The notes beneath the pieces are model-generated. The model worked only from the letters and a program-made list of their open reading frames with translations, did no database searches and was not told the DNA's origin. 64,000 nucleotides of DNA from Auanema rhodensis (lineage: Eukaryota; Animalia; Nematoda): positions 20,212,001 through 20,276,000 of the forward strand of contig OZ059897.1 of assembly GCA_964057225.1 (NCBI GenBank). The letters run 5' to 3'. Of the stretch, positions 1-10,300 are shown one piece after another. A program made the translations under genes and the position numbers. The first letter of the stretch is position 1. Each line of letters opens with the position of its first letter.

Positions 1-110
1 TAACACAGATCGACGCAGCTTAAAAATCCGCATCGAATGCACTATACTACATGGAAGAACGCTTAATACAAAAATTAGTTATGATCGTTTGAAAAATGAT
101 GCATTAGTGT

Positions 111-138
111 ATGTTGAGTTTCCATGTACACTCAACAT
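111..138. other. Perfect 9-bp inverted repeat with 10-nt spacer (in nearly every monomer)
   Basis: ATGTTGAGT (111-119) / ACTCAACAT (130-138), spacer TTCCATGTAC. Confidence 0.9.
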
Positions 139-145
139 TGCTTCC

Positions 146-224
146 AAAAACATTTTGACAAAAATTTTTTCGAAAAATTTCAAAATAATTTAGCAAAAAG
201 TAGATGTTTTTAGATTCCTTTTTT
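146..224. other. A/T-tract cluster with nested dyad symmetry (in every monomer)
   Basis: Tracts: A5 146-150, T4 153-156, A5 160-164, T6 165-170, A5 173-177, A4 182-185, A5 195-199, T5 207-211, T6 219-224. Palindrome TTTTTCGAAAAA at 166-177; TTTTG 153-157 / CAAAA 181-185; AAAAACAT 146-153 / ATGTTTTT 204-211. Confidence 0.85.
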
Positions 225-288
225 CAAGGCAAAGACGATGGACAATGTTATTCAACGAAAAAATTATTTCTTCAGGGTGAAAATCGAG

Positions 289-310
289 GATATAAGTGTG
301 AACTTATATC
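289..310. other. Perfect 9-bp inverted repeat with 4-nt loop GTGA/GTAA (most monomers)
   Basis: GATATAAGT (289-297) - GTGA - ACTTATATC (302-310). The m300 G/A polymorphism lies in the loop. Confidence 0.9.
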
Positions 311-320
311 AGTTGATATA

Positions 321-387
321 TCGGTGCATTTTTAAGCTAGCGCAAATCTGATAACACAGATCGACGCAGCTTAAAAATCCGCATCGA
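321..387. other. 67-bp imperfect inverted repeat spanning the monomer junction (every junction)
   Basis: TCGGTGC 321-327 / GCATCGA 381-387 (one G.T); ATTTTTAAGCT 328-338 / AGCTTAAAAAT 368-378 (perfect 11 bp); GCG 340-342 / CGC 365-367; ATCTG 346-350 / CAGAT 357-361; loop ATAACA. Confidence 0.9.
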
Positions 388-3300
388 ATGCACTATACTA
401 CATTAAGAAACGCTTAATACAAAAATTAGTTATGATCGTTTGAAAAATGATGCATTAGTGTATGTTGAGTTTCCATGTACACTCAACATTGCTTCCAAAA
501 ACATTTTGACAAAAATTTTTTCGAAAAATTTCAAAATAATTTAGCAAAAAGTAGATGTTTTTAGATTCCTTTTTTCAAGGCAAAGACGATGGACAATGTT
601 ATTCAACGAAAAAATTAATTCTTCAGGGTGAAAATCGAGGATATAAGTGTGAACTTATATCAGTTGATATATCGGTGCATTTTTAAGCTAGCGCAAATCT
701 GATAACACAGATCGACGCAGCTTAAAAATCCGCATCGAATGCACTATACTACATTAAGAAACGCTTAATACAAAAATTAGTTATGATCGTTTGAAAAATG
801 ATGCATTAGTGTATGTTGAGTTTCCATGTACACTCAACATTGCTTCCAAAAACATTTTGACAAAAATTTTTTCGAAAAATTTCAAAATAATTTAGCAAAA
901 AGTAGATGTTTTTAGATTCCTTTTTTCAAGGCAAAGACGATGGACAATGTTATTCAACGAAAAAATTATTTCTTCAGGGTGAAAATCGAGGATATAAGTG
1001 TGAACTTATATCAGTTGATATATCGGTGCATTTTTAAGCTAGCGCAAATCTGATAACACAGATCGACGCAGCTTAAAAATCCGCATCGAATGCACTATAC
1101 TACATTAAGAAACGCTTAATACAAAAATTAGTTATGATCGTTTGAAAAATGATGCATTAGTGTATGTTGAGTTTCCATGTACACTCAACATTGCTTCCAA
1201 AAACATTTTGACAAAAATTTTTTCGAAAAATTTCAAAATAATTTAGCAAAAAGTAGATGTTTTTAGATTCCTTTTTTCAAGGCGAAGACGATGGACAATG
1301 TTATTCAACGAAAAAATTAATTCTTCAGGGTGAAAATCGAGGATATAAGTGTGAACTTATATCAGTTGATATCTCGGTACATTTTTAAGCTAGCGCAAAT
1401 CTGATAACACAGATCGACGCAGCTTAAAAATCCGCATCGAATGCACTATACTACATGGAAGAACGCTTAATACAAAAATTAGTTATGATCGTTTGAAAAA
1501 TGATGCATTAGTGTATGTTGAGTTTCCATGTACACTCAACATTGCTTCCAAAAACATTTTGACAAAAATTTTTTCGAAAAATTTCAAAATAATTTAGCAA
1601 AAAGTAGATGTTTTTAGATTCCTTTTTTCAAGGCAAAGACGATGGACAATGTTATTCAACGAAAAAATTATTTCTTCAGGGTGAAAATCGAGGATATAAG
1701 TGTGAACTTATATCAGTTGATATATCGGTGCATTTTTAAGCTAGCGCAAATCTGATAACACAGATCGACGCAGCTTAAAAATCCGCATCGAATGCACTAT
1801 ACTACATTAAGAAACGCTTAATACAAAAATTAGTTATGATCGTTTGAAAAATGATGCATTAGTGTATGTTGAGTTTCCATGTACACTCAACATTGCTTCC
1901 AAAAACATTTTGACAAAAATTTTTTCGAAAAATTTCAAAATAATTTAGCAAAAAGTAGATGTTTTTAGATTCCTTTTTTCAAGGCGAAGACGATGGACAA
2001 TGTTATTCAACGAAAAAATTAATTCTTCAGGGTGAAAATCGAGGATATAAGTGTGAACTTATATCAGTTGATATCTCGGTACATTTTTAAGCTAGCGCAA
2101 ATCTGATAACACAGATCGACGCAGCTTAAAAATCCGCATCGAATGCACTATACTACATGGAAGAACGCTTAATACAAAAATTAGTTATGATCGTTTGAAA
2201 AATGATGCATTAGTGTATGTTGAGTTTCCATGTACACTCAACATTGCTTCCAAAAACATTTTGACAAAAATTTTTTCGAAAAATTTCAAAATAATTTAGC
2301 AAAAAGTAGATGTTTTTAGATTCCTTTTTTCAAGGCAAAGACGATGAACAATGTTATTCAACGAAAAAATTAATTCTTCAGGGTGAAAATCGAGGATATA
2401 AGTGTAAACTTATATCAGTTGATATCTCGGTGCATTTTTAAGCTAGCGCAAATCTGATAACACAGATCGACGCAGCTTAAAAATCCGCATCGAATGCACT
2501 ATACTACATGGAAGAACGCTTAATACAAAAATTAGTTATGATCGTTTGAAAAATGATGCATTAGTGTATGTTGAGTTTCCATGTACACTCAACATTGCTT
2601 CCAAAAACATTTTGACAAAAATTTTTTCGAAAAATTTCAAAATAATTTAGCAAAAAGTAGATGTTTTTAGATTCCTTTTTTCAAGGCGAAGACGATGGAC
2701 AATGTTATTCAACGAAAAAATTAATTCTTCAGGGTGAAAATCGAGGATATAAGTGTGAACTTATATCAGTTGATATCTCGGTACATTTTTAAGCTAGCGC
2801 AAATCTGATAACACAGATCGACGCAGCTTAAAAATCCGCATCGAATGCACTATACTACATGGAAGAACGCTTAATACAAAAATTAGTTATGATCGTTTGA
2901 AAAATGATGCATTAGTGTATGTTGAGTTTCCATGTACACTCAACATTGCTTCCAAAAACATTTTGACAAAAATTTTTTCGAAAAATTTCAAAATAATTTA
3001 GCAAAAAGTAGATGTTTTTAGATTCCTTTTTTCAAGGCAAAGACGATGGACAATGTTATTCAACGAAAAAATTATTTCTTCAGGGTGAAAATCGAGGATA
3101 TAAGTGTGAACTTATATCAGTTGATATATCGGTGCATTTTTAAGCTAGCGCAAATCTGATAACACAGATCGACGCAGCTTAAAAATCCGCATCGAATGCA
3201 CTATACTTCATTAAGAAACGCTTAATACAAAAATTAGTTATGATCGTTTGAAAAATGATGCATTAGTGTATGTTGAGTTTCCATGTACACTCAACATTGC

Positions 3301-6300
3301 TTCCAAAAACATTTTGACAAAAATGTTTTCGAAAAATTTCAAAATAATTTAGCAAAAAGTAGATGTTTTTAGATTCCTTTTTTCAAGGCGAAGACGATGG
3401 ACAATGTTATTCAACGAAAAAATTAATTCTTCAGGGTGAAAATCGAGGATATAAGTGTGAACTTATATCAGTTGATATCTCGGTACATTTTTAAGCTAGC
3501 GCAAATCTGATAACACAGATCGACGCAGCTTAAAAATCCGCATCGAATGCACTATACTACATGGAAGAACGCTTAATACAAAAATTAGTTATGATCGTTT
3601 GAAAAATGATGCATTAGTGTATGTTGAGTTTCCATGTACACTCAACATTGCTTCCAAAAACATTTTGACAAAAATTTTTTCGAAAAATTTCAAAATAATT
3701 TAGCAAAAAGTAGATGTTTTTAGATTCCTTTTTTCAAGGCAAAGACGATGGACAATGTTATTCAACGAAAAAATTATTTCTTCAGGGTGAAAATCGAGGA
3801 TATAAGTGTGAACTTATATCAGTTGATATATCGGTGCATTTTTAAGCTAGCGCAAATCTGATAACACAGATCGACGCAGCTTAAAAATCCGCATCGAATG
3901 CACTATACTACATTAAGAAACGCTTAATACAAAAATTAGTTATGATCGTTTGAAAAATGATGCATTAGTGTATGTTGAGTTTCCATGTACACTCAACATT
4001 GCTTCCAAAAACATTTTGACAAAAATTTTTTCGAAAAATTTCAAAATAATTTAGCAAAAAGTAGATGTTTTTAGATTCCTTTTTTCAAGGCAAAGACGAT
4101 GGACAATGTTATTCAACGAAAAAATTAATTCTTCAGGGTGAAAATCGAGGATATAAGTGTGAACTTATAACAGTTGATATCTCGGTACATTTTTAAGCTA
4201 GCGCAAATCTGATAACACAGATCGACGCAGCTTAAAAATCCGCATCGAATGCACTATACTACATTGAGAAACGCTTAATACAAAAATTAGTTATGATCGT
4301 TTGAAAAATGATGCATTAGTGTATGTTGAGTTTCCATGTACACTCAACATTGCTTCCAAAAACATTTTGACAAAAATTTTTTCGAAAAATTTCAAAATAA
4401 TTTAGCAAAAAGTAGATGTTTTTAGATTCCTTTTTTCAAGGCAAAGACGATGGACAATGTTATTTAACGAAAAAATTAATTCTTCAGGGTGAAAATCGAG
4501 GATAAAAGTGTAAACTTATATCAGTTGATATCTCGGTGCATTTTTAAGCTAGCGCAAATCTGATAACATAGATCGACGCAGCTTAAAAATCCGCATCGAA
4601 TGCACTATACTACATTGAGAAACGCTTAATACAAAAATTAGTTATGATCGTTTGAAAAATGATGCATTAGTGTATGTTGAGTTTCCATGTACACTCAACA
4701 TTGCTTCCAAAAACATTTTGACAAAAATTTTTTCGAAAAATTTCAAAATAATTTAGCAAAAAGTAGATGTTTTTAGATTCCTTTTTTCAAGGCGAAGACG
4801 ATGGACAATGTTATTCAACGAAAAAATTAATTCTTCAGGGTGAAAATCGAGGATATAAGTGTGAACTTATATCAGTTGATATCTCGGTACATTTTTAAGC
4901 TAGCGCAAATCTGATAACACAGATCGACGCAGCTTAAAAATCCGCATCGAATGCACTATACTACATGGAAGAACGCTTAATACAAAAATTAGTTATGATC
5001 GTTTGAAAAATGATGCATTAGTGTATGTTGAGTTTCCATGTACACTCAACATTGCTTCCAAAAACATTTTGACAAAAATTTTTTCGAAAAATTTCAAAAT
5101 AATTTAGCAAAAAGTAGATGTTTTTAGATTCCTTTTTTCAAGGCAAAGACGATGGACAATGTTATTCAACGAAAAAATTATTTCTTCAGGGTGAAAATCG
5201 AGGATATAAGTGTGAACTTATATCAGTTGATATATCGGTGCATTTTTAAGCTAGCGCAAATCTGATAACACAGATCGACGCAGCTTAAAAATCCGCATCG
5301 AATGCACTATACTACATTAAGAAACGCTTAATACAAAAATTAGTTATGATCGTTTGAAAAATGATGCATTAGTGTATGTTGAGTTTCCATGTACACTCAA
5401 CATTGCTTCCAAAAACATTTTGACAAAAATTTTTTCGAAAAATTTCAAAATAATTTAGCAAAAAGTAGATGTTTTTAGATTCCTTTTTTCAAGGCAAAGA
5501 CGATGGACAATGTTATTCAACGAAAAAATTATTTCTTCAGGGTGAAAATCGAGGATATAAGTGTGAACTTATATCAGTTGATATCTCGGTACATTTTTAA
5601 GCTAGCGCAAATCTGATAACACAGATCGACGCAGCTTAAAAATCCGCATCGAATGCACTATACTACATGGAAGAACGCTTAATACAAAAATTAGTTATGA
5701 TCGTTTGAAAAATGATGCATTAGTGTATGTTGAGTTTCCATGTACACTCAACATTGCTTCCAAAAACATTTTGACAAAAATTTTTTCGAAAAATTTCAAA
5801 ATAATTTAGCAAAAAGTAGATGTTTTTAGATTCCTTTTTTCAAGGCAAAGACGATGGACAATGTTATTCAACGAAAAAATTATTTCTTCAGGGTGAAAAT
5901 CGAGGATATAAGTGTGAACTTATATCAGTTGATATATCGGTGCATTTTTAAGCTAGCGCAAATCTGATAACACAGATCGACGCAGCTTAAAAATCCGCAT
6001 CGAATGCACTATACTACATTAAGAAACGCTTAATACAAAAATTAGTTATGATCGTTTGAAAAATGATGCATTAGTGTATGTTGAGTTTCCATGTACACTC
6101 AACATTGCTTCCAAAAACATTTTGACAAAAATTTTTTCGAAAAATTTCAAAATAATTTAGCAAAAAGTAGATGTTTTTAGATTCCTTTTTTCAAGGCGAA
6201 GACGATGGACAATGTTATTCAACGAAAAAATTAATTCTTCAGGGTGAAAATCGAGGATATAAGTGTGAACTTATATCAGTTGATATCTCGGTGCATTTTT

Positions 6301-7371
6301 AAGCTAGCGCAAATCTGATAACACAGATCGACGCAGCTTAAAAATCCGCATCGAATGCACTATACTACATTGAGAAACGCTTAATACAAAAATTAGTTAT
6401 GATCGTTTGAAAAATGATGCATTAGTGTATGTTGAGTTTCCATGTTCACTCAACATTGCTTCCAAAAACATTTTGACAAAAATTTTTTCGAAAAATTTCA
6501 AAATAATTTAGCAAAAAGTAGATGTTTTTAGATTCCTTTTTTCAAGGCGAAGACGATGGACAATGTTATTCAACGAAAAAATTAATTCTTCAGGGTGAAA
6601 ATCGAGGATATAAGTGTGAACTTATATCAGTTGATATCTCGGTACATTTTTAAGCTAGCGCAAATCTGATAACACAGATCGACGCAGCTTAAAAATCCGC
6701 ATCGAATGCACTATACTACATGGAAGAACGCTTAATACAAAAATTAGTTATGATCGTTTGAAAAATGATGCATTAGTGTATGTTGAGTTTCCATGTACAC
6801 TCAACATTGCTTCCAAAAACATTTTGACAAAAATTTTTTCGAAAAATTTCAAAATAATTTAGCAAAAAGTAGATGTTTTTAGATTCCTTTTTTCAAGGCA
6901 AAGACGATGAACAATGTTATTCAACGAAAAAATTAATTCTTCAGGGTGAAAATCGAGGATATAAGTGTGAACTTATATCAGTTGATATATCGGTGCATTT
7001 TTAAGCTAGCGCAAATCTGATAACACAGATCGACGCAGCTTAAAAATCCGCATCGAATGCACTATACTACATTAAGAAACGCTTAATACAAAAATTAGTT
7101 ATGATCGTTTGAAAAATGATGCATTAGTGTATGTTGAGTTTCCATGTACACTCAACATTGCTTCCAAAAACATTTTGACAAAAATTTTTTCGAAAAATTT
7201 CAAGATAATTTAGCAAAAAGTAGATGTTTTTAGATTCCTTTTTTCAAGGCGAAGACGATGGACAATGTTATTCAACGAAAAAATTAATTCTTCAGGGTGA
7301 AAATCGAGGATATAAGTGTGAACTTATATCAGTTGATATCTCGGTGCATTTTTAAGCTAGCGCAAATCTGA

Positions 7372-10300
7372 TAACACAGATCGACGCAGCTTAAAAATCC
7401 GCATCGAATGCACTATACTACATTGAGAAACGCTTAATACAAAAATTAGTTATGATCGTTTGAAAAATGATGCATTAGTGTATGTTGAGTTTCCATGTAC
7501 ACTCAACATTGCTTCCAAAAACATTTTGACAAAAATTTTTTCGAAAAATTTCAAAATAATTTAGCAAAAAGTAGATGTTTTTAGATTCCTTTTTTCAAGG
7601 CGAAGACGATGGACAATGTTATTCAACGAAAAAATTAATTCTTCAGGGTGAAAATCGAGGATATAAGTGTGAACTTATATCAGTTGATATCTCGGTACAT
7701 TTTTAAGCTAGCGCAAATCTGATAACACAGATCGACGCAGCTTAAAAATCCGCATCGAATGCACTATACTACATGGAAGAACGCTTAATACAAAAATTAG
7801 TTATGATCGTTTGAAAAATGATGCATTAGTGTATGTTGAGTTTCCATGTACACTCAACATTGCTTCCAAAAACATTTTGACAAAAATTTTTTCGAAAAAT
7901 TTCAAAATAATTTAGCAAAAAGTAGATGTTTTTAGCTTCCTTTTTTCAAGGCAAAGACGATGAACAATGTTATTCAACGAAAAAATTAATTCTTCAGGGT
8001 GAAAATCGAGGATATAAGTGTAAACTTATATCAGTTGATATCTCGGTGCATTTTTAAGCTAGCGCAAATCTGATAACACAGATCGACGCAGCTTAAAAAT
8101 CCGCATCGAATGCACTATACTACATTGAGAAACGCTTAATACAAAAATTAGTTATGATCGTTTGAAAAATGATGCATTAGTGTATGTTGAGTTTCCATGT
8201 ACACTCAACATTGCTTCCAAAAACATTTTGACAAAAATTTTTTCGAAAAATTTCAAAATAATTTAGCAAAAAGTAGATGTTTTTAGATTCCTTTTTTCAA
8301 GGCAAAGACGATGAACAATGTTATTCAACGAAAAAATTATTTCTTCAGGGTGAAAATCGAGGATATAAGTGTGAACTTATATCAGTTGATATATCGGTGC
8401 ATTTTTAAGCTAGCGCAAATCTGATAACACAGATCGACGCAGCTTAAAAATCCGCATCGAATGCACTATACTACATTAAGAAACGCTTAATACAAAAATT
8501 AGTTATGATCGTTTGAAAAATGATGCATTAGTGTATGTTGAGTTTCCATGTACACTCAACATTGCTTCCAAAAACATTTTGACAAAAATGTTTTCGAAAA
8601 ATTTCAAAATAATTTAGCAAAAAGTAGATGTTTTTAGATTCCTTTTTTCAAGGCGAAGACGATGGACAATGTTATTCAACGAAAAAATTAATTCTTCAGG
8701 GTGAAAATCGAGGATATAAGTGTGAACTTATATCAGTTGATATCTCGGTACATTTTTAAGCTAGCGCAAATCTGATAACACAGATCGACGCAGCTTAAAA
8801 ATCCGCATCGAATGCACTATACTACATGGAAGAACGCTTAATACAAAAATTAGTTATGATCGTTTGAAAAATGATGCATTAGTGTATGTTGAGTTTCCAT
8901 GTACACTCAACATTGCTTCCAAAAACATTTTGACAAAAATTTTTTCGAAAAATTTCAAAATAATTTAGCAAAAAGTAGATGTTTTTAGATTCCTTTTTTC
9001 AAGGCAAAGACGATGGACAATGTTATTCAACGAAAAAATTATTTCTTCAGGGTGAAAATCGAGGATATAAGTGTGAACTTATATCAGTTGATATATCGGT
9101 GCATTTTTAAGCTAGCGCAAATCTGATAACACAGATCGACGCAGCTTAAAAATCCGCATCGAATGCACTATACTACATTAAGAAACGCTTAATACAAAAA
9201 TTAGTTATGATCGTTTGAAAAATGATGCATTAGTGTATGTTGAGTTTCCATGTACACTCAACATTGCTTCCAAAAACATTTTGACAAAAATTTTTTCGAA
9301 AAATTTCAAAATAATTTAGCAAAAAGTAGATGTTTTTAGATTCCTTTTTTCAAGGCGAAGACGATGGACAATGTTATTCAACGAAAAAATTAATTCTTCA
9401 GGGTGAAAATCGAGGATATAAGTGTGAACTTATATCAGTTGATATCTCGGTACATTTTTAAGCTAGCGCAAATCTGATAACACAGATCGACGCAGCTTAA
9501 AAATCCGCATCGAATGCACTATACTACATGGAAGAACGCTTAATACAAAAATTAGTTATGATCGTTTGAAAAATGATGCATTAGTGTATGTTGAGTTTCC
9601 ATGTACACTCAACATTGCTTCCAAAAACATTTTGACAAAAATTTTTTCGAAAAATTTCAAAATAATTTAGCAAAAAGTAGATGTTTTTAGATTCCTTTTT
9701 TCAAGGCAAAGACGATGGACAATGTTATTCAACGAAAAAATTATTTCTTCAGGGTGAAAATCGAGGATATAAGTGTAAACTTATATCATTTGATATCTCG
9801 GTGCATTTTTAAGCTAGCGCAAATCTGATAACACAGATCGACGCAGCTTAAAAATCTGCATCGAATGCACTATACTACATTAAGAAACGCTTAATACAAA
9901 AATTAGTTATGATCGTTTGAAAAATGATGCATTAGTGTATGTTGAGTTTCCATGTACACTCAACATTGCTTCCAAAAACATTTTGACAAAAATTTTTTCG
10001 AAAAATTTCAAAATAATTTAGCAAAAAGTAGATGTTTTTAGATTCCTTTTTTCAAGGCAAAGACGATGAACAATGTTATTCAACGAAAAAATTAATTCTT
10101 CAGGGTGAAAATCGAGGATATAAGTGTGAACTTATATCAGTTGATATATCGGTGCATTTTTAAGCTAGCGCAAATCTGATAACACAGATCGACGCAGCTT
10201 AAAAATCCGCATCGAATGCACTATACTACATTAAGAAACGCTTAATACAAAAATTAGTTATGATCGTTTGAAAAATGATGCATTAGTGTATGTTGAGTTT

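Larger units (their letters stand above)
1..351. repeat. Representative 351-bp monomer (phase arbitrary)
   Basis: Hand count 52 C + 58 G of 351 (31% GC). Common polymorphic sites: m53-57 (GGAAG/TAAGA/TGAGA), m231, m237+m244, m240/241, m253+m293, m267, m300, m312, m320, m326. Confidence 0.97.

Noticed and set aside
168-184. CENP-B box (NTTCGNNNNANNCGGGN)
   Set aside because: TTCG and the A are present but CGGG is absent. The CGGG in the m287G haplotype lacks a correctly spaced TTCG.
190-285. Hammerhead ribozyme (as in newt satellite 2, Schistosoma Sm-alpha or retrozyme repeats): minus strand has CTGAAGA (plus 269-275) matching CUGANGA
   Set aside because: I could not build stem II before a GAAA, nor a stem I partner for the upstream TTTCACC. 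The plus-strand CTGATAA lacks G8. An Infernal/RNAMotif scan of a dimer would settle it.
1-351. Tandem 5S rRNA, tRNA, snRNA or SL-RNA gene cluster
   Set aside because: No recognisable 5S, tRNA cloverleaf, Pol III A/B box or spliced-leader sequence on either strand by eye. An Rfam scan was not run.
1-351. Assignment to Drosophila 359-bp/1.688 or Tribolium TCAST1 satellite
   Set aside because: Only length and AT content are similar; I recognise no shared sequence.
347-354. GATA-factor site TGATAA in most monomers
   Set aside because: A 6-mer expected by chance in 69% AT sequence; no supporting context.
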